Source: Alloascoidea hylecoeti (taxonomy: Eukaryota). Taken from it: a stretch of 64,000 bases of DNA. The notes under the pieces are model-generated. The model was not told where the DNA came from. It searched no databases and was given only the letters and a program-made list of their open reading frames with translations. This document shows positions 33,822-45,966 of the stretch, one piece after another (the stretch's first letter is position 1; every line of letters starts with the position of its first letter). The stretch is from positions 79,527 through 143,526 of the forward strand of contig BCKZ01000010.1 in the NCBI GenBank assembly GCA_001600815.1, given 5' to 3'. The translations under genes were made by a program, and so were the position numbers.

Positions 33822-34588
33822 ACACATGGTTAATAAGAGGCTATATTTTCAGAAAGCAAAATATCTATTGCTAATGAAATGCAGTAAAAAAAAGGTTAAA
33901 CTCTTGAAAATACGTGAGCTCGTTTTTCTTGATATTTATTGTTTTAATAAAGTTTTCACAATAATTGCACTTAATGATTCAAATTAAAATTATGTAGATT
34001 AGCTAAAATATACACCGATTACTGACAGAATCGATACCTCACATCTAAAAATGTAACTAAATGTATTTATATTTATATATAACTCATATCTATATGTTAT
34101 ACATGTGTTCAGATGCCGTAATCAGCATAAATATATTTGAATTGTGTTGAAATTGTGATCAGTATAAATGTAGAAGTGTTGTTATAAGTCTAAAGAATTT
34201 AGCGCTTCTAGAGTCTCTCTTTTCTTTACACACTCCTTACTTCTCATCCTTCTTGGTATCTCTTGCAATTGCAAACTAAAAAGTGCTGACTCCATTCCAA
34301 TCCGGTTATTCTTTTAGTTTCGCTTTTCATATATTTATTTTTTACCCGAAGATCAATTCTCGTTCATTACTCTCTAATTTTTCTGAGAAGATACCGGTTT
34401 GCTAATTTTTGAGATATTTTATAAGCATGTCTTATATTGATAATGTTACCTTCTGCTTCATTATGGACCACATTATTACTCTCCTTGAACTCATTTTCCA
34501 CATAGGAAAATCTGGGAGTGACCTTGATCAACCATTTATAAACAATTTAACGACCTGCATAGTGGATGGATCTTTGGCCGAACAATCA

Positions 34589-36387
34589 ATGGCGGCTGCT
34601 ATATTTCCAAGGCAGATAAAATACAGCTATTGTAAGTTATTTATTAATATTCGACGTCAAAACATTTGACTATGTAAAGTGTTTTAAATATGTGCATAGT
34701 AGTTAGTACTAAATCGATTATTTAGGTAAAGCGCTTATTAATGTTCTTGAATCATTGGGGGATAAATATCCAAGAATAACATTGTGGCAAAAAGGATCGG
34801 TAATTGTGTTATTTATTGTCTTTCTCCTTGGAATGGAATACATATTTGAGTTTCTTACGAGTCCTGGAAGAATCAAGGGGTTGCCTTCAATTCCTGGTAT
34901 TCCTGTTTTCGGTATGAAATTTAAATGAGTTGTTAATTTATTCTTTTTTATTGAATCTAATTTGGTTTTATAAAGGTAATTTGTTTCAAGTTAATAATGA
35001 TCCTTCCAGAAAATACAACGAATTTACTGAAAAGTATGGTCCTGTTTTCCAAATCAGATTGGGAACGCGAAGAGTTGTTGTAGTTAATTCGTTTGATGCA
35101 GCATATGAGATCTGGATTCATAATATGACTGCTCTAAGTTCAAGACCAATGTTATATACCTTTCACAAATCTTTGAGCGCTACACAAGGGTACACTATTG
35201 GAACAACGCCATGGAATGCATCTTACCGAAAAATAAAGAGAGTTGCTGGTAGAACATTTAATGCTGCTAATACTTTAACTCATATACCTATCTTTGATTA
35301 TGAAAGCATGCAGTTGATATTAAGTATCGCCAAGGATTTAAATATGTTGAACATTAATGATTCCCCACCTCCAATAGCAATCAACAGTCTGATATCAAAT
35401 TTTCAACTCTATGCAGTTAATATCACGTTGTCAGCTGGGTTTGGTGTCCGCTGTGGCAATTCTGTTGAAGATACCAAATTATTTAAAGAGATTATACATG
35501 TCGAAAAACGAATTCTCCAATTTAGATCTCATAACTCAAACTATCAAGATTTTATTCCATTGCTAAGATTGATACCATTCCGGCAACAAAATACCGAAGT
35601 GGAAGAGTATAGAGATCGTCGGGATGCATACATGAATAAGATAATTGACCAGGTAAAAGAATCAGACAATGATAAGACAATGATTGGATCGATTTTGAAG
35701 TCAGAGAAGTCGCAGATTATTAGTGAGCAGGAGTTGAGAAGCATTAGTTTATCGATAGTTTCTGCTGGGTTGAGTACAATTCCTCCAAATATGTTACATG
35801 GAATCAAGTCTCTGGCCAAAGAAATCAAAGTTCAAGAGAATGTTTATAAAGTATTAATTGATGCTTATAAAAATGATGTTCAAGCTTGGTACAGATGTGC
35901 TGAAAATCCCAATATTCCGTATATTCAAGCTTTAGTCAAAGAAGTACTACGAACAAGCAGTATATTACCTCTTTCTCTACCTCGTGAAACTACTAGGGCT
36001 ATTAATTACAAGGGCTCAATTATTCCCAAAGGAACGATGATTATTTTAAACGCATATCTGGCAAATAGAGATGAAAAAGCATTTTTTGATCCTTTACAAT
36101 TTGAGCCCAAACGATTCCTAAATGAAGATGAAACTGAATTAAATGATTTGATTCAGTTTTCTTTTGGAGCGGGAAGTAGAATGTGTATGGGTCATAATTT
36201 AGCCAGTAATGCTATTTATATCGCATTAGCACGATTTGTTTTGGCCTTCAAGACTATTGATGATAGTGGATCAAATAAATCGGAGTTATCCAAGGATACC
36301 CAAGATGGGTCGAATGTTCAACTTATGATGCGTAATCCAAAAGGTTATCTTTGGAGGCATCTACAGCAAAGTTATGAGTTGGTTTAG
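34589..36387 (+). CDS. Cytochrome P450, CYP504 (phenylacetate 2-hydroxylase)-like; predicted exons 34589-34631, 34726-34911, 34976-36387
   Basis: Splicing (GTAAGT..TACTAAA..TAG; GTATGA..AAG) restores a TM anchor and IKGLPSIPGIPVFGNLFQ. Also SRPMLYTFH, GYTIGTTPW, KEVLR and the haem motif FGAGSRMCMG. The start of exon 1 is uncertain. Confidence 0.88.
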
Positions 36388-36580
36388 TTTTAAGTAGATG
36401 AAATTTTACGGTGTAAGGCTTAAAACCTTGAAGGTGTTTTTGTTGATTCAGACAGAATTAACGATTAATAATATTTTATATCCTAGATTCATAATAAATA
36501 AAATTTTTGGTACTTCCGACATATCCTGCTCTGTATAATTATATCAGAGTTTTAAAGTAAGGCAACTATTTTTATTACCG

Positions 36581-36895
36581 CCATTTACAAAAGAGGGCTT
36601 AGGCTGGACACCTGATGATAGGGAAACAGATGCTCATGTGGAAAAGAGAGCTATGAAATTTTTAAGAATGTTATTTAGCGCTGAATTGGTGAGAAGAAGT
36701 AAAACTTACGACAACGATGATGATGAAGGTAAACCCCAAAATCCTGAAGAGATTGAGGATCTATTTATCAGTGTGACTTGTCACCCTAATGTGATAAATG
36801 GGATTCTAGCTGTAACTGGACATCGACCTTTCAACTTCAAGAATGGTGGGATCCTCCCAATAATAGTAAAAGCATCTAGTAGAGATGTCAAATAA
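36581..36895 (+). pseudogene. Orphan 3' fragment of a PMU1-like histidine phosphatase (phosphoglycerate mutase family)
   Basis: The frame reads FTKEGLGWTPDDRETDAHVEKRAMKFL...FISVTCHPNVINGILAVTGHRPFNFKNGGILPIIVKA. The N-terminal RHG catalytic region is absent, and only ~190 nt separate it from the P450 stop. Confidence 0.7.
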
Positions 36896-36903
36896 TTTAT
36901 TAA

Positions 36904-37882
36904 TTAAATATCCTCCAGATATAAATTCTTAGGGAAGTTTTTTATTTTCAGGTACTTATGATTGTTCTTGTTATTCTTGTTATTTTTATGAGTTCTGTTA
37001 TGTAAAGTATTTGATTTATTAAAAAATATTTTATTTTGGGTGGTCTCTGATACTAACTTAGCAGTCCATTTATCCAAATCATCCAAGTCTATTATATCTT
37101 CCTTTTGTATAGGTAAACATTTCTTTTATTCCATAATCTTTGACATAGTCAGCACCATCTTTGATTACTTTGTAAGCGAACCATACTCATCATCAAATTA
37201 CTTGTGATTTTGTAGTGCCTAAAAAATACCGCAATCTTTTTTGCNTCAAGTGACCTTTGAATGATATCTTCAACTGAAGTTGGTTCAAAAGATTTTGCTA
37301 GATTATGAATTAAATCCTGGAAAAATTGAATTGGTGATTCTTTGAATGCAGAAACCAAAGTTAACAAGAAAGTTCTAGCATCAGCATCTTCATTTTCCAA
37401 CATTTGAAGAGGTTGAAAAATCGTGAGTTTAATTTCATCCGTATAGATCTCCTTAATTATTTTGAGTGCAGGACCATTAAGACTTGAATAAATTTTGTAT
37501 TTCTCACTCTCAGATTTGATATATTCTACCATATGAGGGATATAATTCCAAATTGTGTCCAGAGCATTGTCCCACTCAACAGTATTTGTTCCATTAAACT
37601 TGTGTTCCTTTTGGAATTTGACTTTAATGTTACCAATATATTTAATATTCTAATTAAAAATTTTCTATTATTGTCTTTTTGAATTGTATAGACCCTATTA
37701 GTTGCTTGATTACCAGATTCAATATCAGGGTTTTCTCTAATTGATCTAAAAACATCTTTGAATGCACTGCTTGTACTAATGGTTTCTAATTCTCCAGGTT
37801 CAGTTTTATTATAAAGTTGACAATAACAAACAAAATTAATAATAATAACCAGTATAATTTCCACCAAAGTATTCATGTTCAA
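36904..37882 (-). mobile_element. Frameshifted ORF, probably a copia-type gag relic
   Basis: Three overlapping ORF pieces. The middle frame extends upstream as KFNGTNTVEWDNALDTIW (37572-37601), resembling the copia Gag K(L/F)xGxNYxxW start motif. The 3' piece ends in an N/K-rich tract. Ambiguous base at 37245. Confidence 0.45.
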
Positions 37883-37977
37883 ATTTTATCAAATTATTTC
37901 TCATACAAAATTTCATAACAAAAAAAAAAAATAACAAAAAATTACAAAAAATTACAAAAAATAATAAAAAAACAAGT

Positions 37978-38350
37978 TTAATGTCCTGGATATTCAATAG
38001 TTGATATTTGGTTTCTGAATTTTTTAAATTTATTTCTCTCTAATGGTTTTGTAAAGCCATCAGCATAATTGTCTTCAGAATTCACTCTGCAATATGATAC
38101 CAATTTAATCTCATTCACATGAAAAATATATTTGTATCTTACATCCAAATGTTTTGTACGCTTACTCTCTAACACATCTCCAGATGCCAATTAGGGTGTG
38201 TTTTCGTTATCTTCATAAATGTTGATCATAACATTAAACGTAACATTCAAAAACTTCAACACCTCTACTCTATAATGCACATCTCTCGTTGTTTCTGAAA
38301 GAGCAATAAGTTCGCTTTCTGAGAAATATAAGGAACATTGAGAGTTCTTT
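37978..38350 (-). mobile_element. Ty1/copia retrotransposon pol remnant (RNase H domain)
   Basis: SESELIALSE...IYEDNENTP*LAS...KRTKHLDVRYKYI...NYADGFTKPL, with one premature stop. Confidence 0.92.
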
Positions 38351-38999
38351 CTATCAGAAGTATCTAGCTATGTATTTATATAGTAGGATTGTCACTTTTT
38401 GTTGTTACAACTGCTTTCTGGGATGACATCTACTCTTTCAGTACTGTAAAATAGTGTTGAAGTATAATTCTACTGAGCTAAATACTCTAAATAATAGAAA
38501 AACACCCACAACATATTTATATTTGTTGGTTTTGAAATTCGTGATTGAAATGCGTCATATTTGAGTGTCCCAATAGTGTGGACAGACGGTACATAATTAC
38601 TGGAAGATAGAATATTTCAGAATTTGATGTCAAAAGTTTATTATATTATTTTATTGCACCATAGATAGAATATGGAGTAACTGATTATTTCAATTCAACT
38701 GTTTATACATACATGTAACTCTTTCTGATTTAAACAACAAACCTTTTCTTTTAGCAGAAATTCTGATTTTAAGAATTAAAAGTCTTTTATTCAGAATGTA
38801 ATATATATTATGATACGCATAATACATTCAAGAAGAATAAGATAGATTAAGCTAGTATAAACAAACAAATACCATATAAGTAGCTAATATATTTAATAAC
38901 TACACAAATTCATAGAATAGCAAGATTATAGGAAGCAGACAAAATATATTAACAATAATAAATTATCCAACTAAATTTAAGATAAACTATACAATTTTT

Positions 39000-39970
39000 T
39001 ATCATTTGCCTTGCCAAGTTTTAATTCTCCTTCTATTCCTTCTATTTCTTCATTTGATTTTCCTATAAAGTAAATAGTTCCATCAGAACTTTATAGTAAA
39101 TTCTTTTCTCTGATATCTCCATAGACAATATTTTTGAAGTGTAATATTTCTAGATTTGACGTTGCTTTTTGCAAAATATCACCATTTGTAAATTCTGGTA
39201 TCTTTCCCTTTACATACTCCATCAAAATAAATATATAAGCATCATTATAATGCTTGTCAAAAAATTCGATACATTTTCTAATGAAAAGAATTACCGTTAA
39301 AAGTAACTTGTTATTTTTCAAAATGACATATTTTATTGATAAGTTTTTGTAATGGGTGTATTAAGTATTGTTGGAAACTCACCACCTTTAACACCTGTTT
39401 CTATATTAATATCTATTTGATACAACATTGTATTGTAGTAATCTGATACCCAACCAAAAGGAGTACCAGATACTAAACACTGCTGCACTGATTGGGTCAT
39501 AATATTATTCAAATTGTCATCAAAAGGCATGTTCACAATTATGTTTGGTCTTTTAACTTTTGTTGTAATCAATTTAAAATTCGTTTCATGATAAAATCAT
39601 AATCTAAAAGAATTCAACTACCTGATTCTCCGGTTTTTAATTCCAGTGACGGCTATGGTTGAAATTGTATCATTGGGCCCTGTTCATAAAGATTATATTC
39701 ATTGCTGGGCTAAAGATTTTGTGGTCGATAAAGCGAGAAACACTAGCTTCTTTGATAGGCATATGAACTTTCGTTGCTGGTTGTGATAAAATTGTGAAAA
39801 TAGTATATTTTAGCCATATTTGAATTTGAACACTTTATCAGCGAATTTAACTCCTGTGTAAAATCATGATTTGGAACATTTCCAATTTTGATATTATGAG
39901 TGATTTCAGACGCTTTATTGGTTATTTCTTTTTGCGGTATGTGAGATTGGACTTGGGTCTTAATGAACAA
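39000..39970 (-). pseudogene. Decayed gene with a C-terminal protein-kinase-like domain and a probable nuclease-fold N-terminal domain
   Basis: ILMEYVKG..LEILHFKNIVYGDIREKNLL*SSDGTIYFI (catalytic-loop-like). Upstream fragments read LITTKVKRP and IMTQSVQQCLVSGTPFGWVSDY. Several stops and frameshifts. Confidence 0.7.
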
Positions 39971-40496
39971 AGAGACCCGTATTTGGTAGACCCATCAGTA
40001 CCTTCCCATCTTTGCACCCAAATGACAATTCATTGCTACACGCTAGAATGCATACAGGAATTTGCGTTAATATAGACCACTTATTTATGTTTATATTCGC
40101 ACTTTATTGAGAGGATATTAGCCCACGATTTAAATTAATAATTCGACCTTCTCATTTAAGATTCGCCACCTTTATGACCAACAAGATTAAAAGCACTGTA
40201 TAATTGTAATGTCATAGTGTTTACTATTTGGTACAAAAGAAGTATAAATACTGTGAAACTCTGTAGATATAATATTTCTATTTTACTTTCACAGGTATCA
40301 AGTAATTGAAACCGAAAAATCAGAATAAATACTAGGTAGAAAATTTAGATATGAGTGTCATTGGATGCATCTAAGTTTGTATGATACTTTAGGTGTATTT
40401 TTATGGATAATACTGTAAAAATAAGGTCTATTGTTATTATGTATATAGAAAATCATGAATTATATCAATCAAGATATATATGAATACTATTTTCAT

Positions 40497-41399
40497 TTAG
40501 TTGGTTGGTTTTTTATAAACATGAGAAGCAGAAGCCTGATGTGTTGGGAAAACCAATGTTTCAGCAACAACGGTATTAGCTCTTCTCGATGCAGCAAAAA
40601 CAATTAATTCAGCAATGTCTTCAGCCACTAAAGGTTCAGCACCAGCATAAACGGCCTTGGCCTTTTCAGCATCACCTCTGTATCTAACTATAGAAAATTC
40701 AGTTTCAACTTGACCTGGTTGGATTTCAATCACACGAAGAGGTGTATCAATCAATTCCTTTCGTAATGAGTGAGAAAATGATCTTAAAGCAGCCTTCGTT
40801 GCACAATATATACCACCAGTTGGATATGGGTCTCGTCCTGCAATACTACCCAAGTTAATGATATCACCTCTACCACGAGCTTTCATACCTGGAACAATTG
40901 CTTGAGTTATGGCAATTAAACCAAGAACATTGGTATTAAACATAATGTCAATGTCTGATTGAGCTATATCGCCGATCTTCTCACTACCATGAACCATACC
41001 ACTGAAATAAATGATCTTGTTAGTATAAATATAACAATCATAGCTATTATATGTTTCAGCATCAAACAAAAATAAATTCACTTACGCATTGTTAACAAGG
41101 ACATCAACATTACTAAATTCCTTTGGTAGATCTTTAACGAATTGAGCAACTTCAGAGGTTTTAGAAACATCCAATTTTTTAGCAAGAACAGTGATTCCAG
41201 AAGCAGCATATTTAGCTTCCAAATCTTTCTTCAAAGCATCTAATTTGTCAATTCTTCTAGCAGTTAGAACTAACTTGAGATTTCCTTGAGCAGCATTTGC
41301 AAATTCATGAGCAGTAGCTTGACCAATACCAGCTGAGGCACCGGTGATAAGGATTGTCTTTCCAGCAAGACGAGCAACAGCAGCAGATCCGTAAGACAT
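40497..41399 (-). CDS. NADP-dependent 3-hydroxy-acid dehydrogenase (YMR226C/YdfG-like SDR); exons 41399-41086 and 41001-40497
   Basis: TGASAGIG and YCATK motifs. The intron GTAAGT..TACTAAC..CAG (41085-41002) restores VNNAG. Confidence 0.95.
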
Positions 41400-42269
41400 T
41401 TTGGACAGGAAGAGTGACAATCAAAGAAATAAAGAATGTACGGTAAGGAGGAAGAAAACGGAGGAAGGTGGAAAGTTTTTAGGGTCTCAGGGACGGGCCA
41501 GTTTTTTGATTTTCAAAATGACATAATCTCCACAAGTCTTGAAAAACAACGGCTAGATTTAATTATAATATTACAAGTACGATTACCACTTTTTGATTTC
41601 CGAACACCAATCTACCGGTGACTATAAGTTATAAATTTCTAAAGGATGTGTGGTTGGAAATTGATATTAACGAAACAATGTGAATATTGCTGATAGATAT
41701 CGACGCTGGAGACACGCATCTTTTTTTGTCTCTGTCAATTGCAAGTAATGAAGAAGGATGGAAGTATCTATTGAACGATAACAATGATTCGATATCTATG
41801 ACAACTATGTTGGAATGAGGAGCACTTACAAGCTCTACCTACCAGTATACACAGTGACGTTTTGTATCTTCTTCAATTTTTCACCAGCCCTAGCTTCCAA
41901 TAAAAGTTGCAACGCAAACTCAATTAAAATATACTGGTAATACCTAAGAATTAAAAACAAAACTAAATTAATGAAATGTATACTACTTTCTATATCGAAA
42001 AGGCGGGTCTCAAAGCGCCAGAGCGACTCAAACAGAGTATTTATTTTAATCTTGCAATGTATCAATACTTCTTCATCATAAAGGATGAGAAGTTCAAGAT
42101 TGAACTTGATATGATTCAAGCATTGCTTTATAAGTTGTGAACATAGAAAAAAAGATAGATAATAAATATATCTGTATTAAGATCATTTATAAGATGGCTA
42201 TATAATATATACACACATGAATATAACTGTATTGTTGCTGATGGAAATGTGGAAGAAAAATCAAATGAG

Positions 42270-42299
42270 AAAAATTTTCACCTTTTTATACTACACGTG
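42270..42299. promoter_or_regulatory. RRPE plus CACGTG E-box upstream of the WKF-domain gene
   Basis: AAAAATTTTCA at 42270-42280 and CACGTG at 42294-42299. Fits a ribosome-biogenesis gene. Confidence 0.6.
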
Positions 42300-42376
42300 C
42301 ACTCTTTTTAAAATTTAAAATTTATTTTTCAACATCAACATCAATATTTTTATAAAAATATATATCATTTGTAACA

Positions 42377-43321
42377 ATGCCCGCACACATTCCAGCGTGG
42401 AAACGGTTAGGATTAAATGTTGAGGCCATAAAACAAGATCCACTAGCAATCATCACAGTTCTCCCTGATGAATCATCAACTAACAATGAAGATAAGAAAC
42501 GAAAACCAAAAGATCAAACAGCTCGGGTAACAAAAAAGCAAAAAAAAGAAACAAAAGATCCCAATAAACCAAAAAAACCACCGAAAAGAATAAAATTACC
42601 TAAAGATAAAAGACCTCCACCTCCTGAGAAGGATCAATTAGTATATTTGAAACAATTTAAAGATGATAGATCAAATTGGAAGTTTTCAAAACAGAAACAA
42701 AATTGGATAATAAAAAATATGTTAAAAATTGATGAACAATATTTAGATGCATTAAAAGTATATCTTAAAGGTTTACAAGGGGGTTCTCGGACTCGAGTTA
42801 TTGATGATTTAAAGAAACAATATGAGATCTGGACTAATCATATTGAAAAAGTGGAAAAGGCAGCTGAAGAGAAACTGAAAAAAGCAGCCGAGGAAATTAG
42901 TAAAGGTCAAAGCGGTGAAACAGAGAAAGATGAGAAAGATGAGAAAGATGAGAAAGATGCCAAAGATGATAAAGATACGAAAGAAGAAGAAAAAGAAGAT
43001 CCAAACGCACCTAATTATGATGAAACTATGAGATCTTTTACACTATATGAAGCCATGACAGGGGAATCATTAGACCCAATAGATGTAATCTATAATAAAG
43101 AAGCTGATAGTAAAACAGAGGAGAGTAAAAAAGGCGAGAGTGAAAAGGACGAGAGTACAAAAGAAGTTACCAAGGAAATTGTAGCTGATTCTTCAAAGGA
43201 AGTTACAGATAGCTTAGAATCTGTGGATTTAGCATCCGATGTAAAGAAAGAAAAGAGTAAAAAACATAAGAAGAAAGAAGATAAGCATAAGAAATCTTCA
43301 AAAAAGAAATCCAAAGCTTAA
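42377..43321 (+). CDS. WKF-domain nucleolar protein (YCR016W/Rbp95-like)
   Basis: HIPAWKRLGL, YLKQF..DRSNWKFSKQKQNWIIKN, YLKGLQGGSR, and a Lys-rich tail. Confidence 0.88.
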   Translation: MPAHIPAWKRLGLNVEAIKQDPLAIITVLPDESSTNNEDKKRKPKDQTARVTKKQKKETKDPNKPKKPPKRIKLPKDKRPPPPEKDQLVYLKQFKDDRSNWKFSKQKQNWIIKNMLKIDEQYLDALKVYLKGLQGGSRTRVIDDLKKQYEIWTNHIEKVEKAAEEKLKKAAEEISKGQSGETEKDEKDEKDEKDAKDDKDTKEEEKEDPNAPNYDETMRSFTLYEAMTGESLDPIDVIYNKEADSKTEESKKGESEKDESTKEVTKEIVADSSKEVTDSLESVDLASDVKKEKSKKHKKKEDKHKKSSKKKSKA

Positions 43322-43471
43322 GAATTTCAATTCTTAATATTGATAACATGGCATATAACTTTTTATTTTTATTTTCATTTTTTAAATGTCCAACAACTAT
43401 ACCTTATATAGGATCTTATAAGTTTCCACTTCTAATCATATAGACTTATTACTTGTTAGGTTAATGTTTAT

Positions 43472-44802
43472 TTATAATGTTTTCAAAACTTGTTCTCTTC
43501 CAAAATTCAATAATCTGAATCTAGAAATATAATCGTCTCTATTTACATAGGCCCCACACATTCTTCTTGAACCAGTAAATTCTTTTCTACCATGAAATAC
43601 TCTCCAATTATCAAAAATTAAGCAAGTTCCAGCTTTTAATTGGAAAATATATTCATTTTCCTTTCTAGTTAGAATATCATACCAATGCCTAATAGCTCCA
43701 TAAAATTTAACGACATCTTCTGGATTGGACCAATTATCCATGACAGATCGATCATTATTGTTCCACCTTACTTGGACCAATTCATCGGTGATTGGATCAT
43801 GATTGAAAATGGGCTGAGGAGTAGTTGGGAGGATACAAACATTCTCTTCACCAGCCGAATGGGCAGGAATTCTTGTATTTTTCAACAATTCATAATGACT
43901 AGGATCTTCCTTTTTCAAAATCTTGGCACAATTGAAAGAATCAACCAAAGTAGTTTCACCTCCAGAACCTCCATAATGATGTAATAAATGGAATAATTGT
44001 AGCCCAGGAGTATCACTCCAGTAAGTACCATCAGTATGAGTTCCAAGCTCTAAATTAGTATAGGCAGTATCATTTTTAGCAAGATCTGCGGTAAAATCCC
44101 AAAATCCGCCATAGTGGGTTGGGCGGACATAAGCCAATCTTTCAACCAATTTTTCAGTATCATCAGTAGTTTCAGGGACATCTTTAATTAAACAAAACCC
44201 ATAGACATAAATTTTTCTTGTCCATTCTTTAACACCATCATCTGATTTCATAACATCTTTAAAGTCGACAAATGGTAAATCACTTGTGATCTGAGGAACA
44301 TCCCAAAGTTTCAGATCCAAGTCAGTGAGCTTTTTCTTTTCTTTCAAAGACACTAAAACCGGATCATAAGAATGAAGATAAAGCCATTCTTGTTCATAAA
44401 CACTAACATGGGATTTGTCATTCCATTCGATTTGAATGGTGCTTCCATTGATTTTTGTGGAGGTGGGTGCGATATCTTCCGGGATCTGAGTATTTTGAAA
44501 AATATGGGGTAATTGTTAGTGGACAATAAAAAATCAGTAATATTGCGACTGCCACCGAACTTACAATGAAAGTATCCTGTAGTCTCTGCTTCGTAACAGG
44601 ATGAAAGCAAGCCTCACATTGGCAAGTATCTCTTAACCAGATATTATGACTATAATTGTAAGACAAGAAGATCGTTAATCGATTGAACGGATATATTCTT
44701 ATGATCGAACATAACATACAACGCAGATGTCTTTCCACTGTCCCAAGAGACGTAGACTTTGGAAGCATCAGAAGTAACCTTAATTGCTGCTGTTTGGGTC
44801 AT
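43472..44802 (-). CDS. Trimethyllysine dioxygenase (carnitine biosynthesis); exons 44802-44720, 44649-44565, 44485-43472
   Basis: Two introns (GTATGT..TAG; GTAAGT..CACTAAC..CAG) give a continuous frame with WLRDTCQCEACFH, THYGGFWDFT, HTDGTY and FDNWRVFHGR. Confidence 0.93.
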
Positions 44803-45063
44803 TTTATGTCAAAAAATCAGTGAATGTTATTTATACGTGTAAAAGTGTGGAGGAAAAGCTTATAAATATTATAGGAAGCAATTTAAATTGTAATTGGATT
44901 TTGGGGTTTGAAATTATTATTGGCTGCTTTTTGCATTGATCATAAATCATATCATCCGATTCCAATCCATCGGCTCCGTTTTTACTTTTCTTGCTATTTC
45001 AACTTATCCTCTATTTTTATTACTTCTATTACTTTTATCACTTGCATTTTCTACTTGATTATA

Positions 45064-45789
45064 ATGGCAAATCGATCACAATTAGATACTCTCCGCTCAG
45101 AAGATACTACTCCACAACCACAGGTGAGTCCCAATATTCTTCCTACTCTTATCCGCAGAGCATCGTCTACTCACTATGCCGATGACTTGAACATCCTTCG
45201 CCAATCTCAACCATCGAGAAAGGTATCGATCTCTGGCCCAATTTCCCCAAACGAGTCGTCATGGAAGGCGAGTCAAAGGTTAAAGCGAGCAGAAGAACAA
45301 GGAAAAATACAAGGTGACAAAGAAGATGATTTAGATCCAATCAGCTCATTTGCCCATCCCGCATCACCTGGGACTGGGGCTCCTACTACGTTTGGCAATT
45401 ACCCTAAAACGCCACAGGAATATCACCATTTTATTCAACAGGGATACTTCGCTCCGGCTGAAGGGCACAGCTCTCAGCATCCCATTTTGGATGCAATATC
45501 ATGCAACCCCCCTTCGGCAGCTGGTCATAATGAGAAGAATACTTCGATATCTCCTCTCACGGAATCGTTGGAACAAACAGCTTTATCACCACAAACTTCC
45601 CCAAAGTGCTTATGCCATCATCCTAACCGTGAGAGTTTATCTACTGTCAGTTTTTCTTCAACTCCAGTGATAGTCAGAAAAGGCAGCCATGTCTACTCAT
45701 TGCCCGCAACCACAGGTTCCAATCCAATGTCAAACTATGACAACTATAAACGTGAAATGCACCAATCTTTTATGTCTGATAAAAATTAA
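45064..45789 (+). CDS. Hypothetical Ser/Pro-rich disordered protein
   Basis: ORF from the first ATG (45064). Contains RRAS and RKGS PKA-like sites. No family recognised. Confidence 0.7.
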   Translation: MANRSQLDTLRSEDTTPQPQVSPNILPTLIRRASSTHYADDLNILRQSQPSRKVSISGPISPNESSWKASQRLKRAEEQGKIQGDKEDDLDPISSFAHPASPGTGAPTTFGNYPKTPQEYHHFIQQGYFAPAEGHSSQHPILDAISCNPPSAAGHNEKNTSISPLTESLEQTALSPQTSPKCLCHHPNRESLSTVSFSSTPVIVRKGSHVYSLPATTGSNPMSNYDNYKREMHQSFMSDKN

Positions 45790-45966
45790 TACTTAACACT
45801 TATACATATACAATATAACTTATATACTATGATTCTATTTCTACGATGTTTCTTATGTAATTACCACTTTACGGTCACATGATCTATAATTACCCGGATT
45901 TATGTTTTGTCCCCACTTTTTTGTCATGGCAAAATAAGGGAGCTCTTCACCCATGCAAAGAAGATA

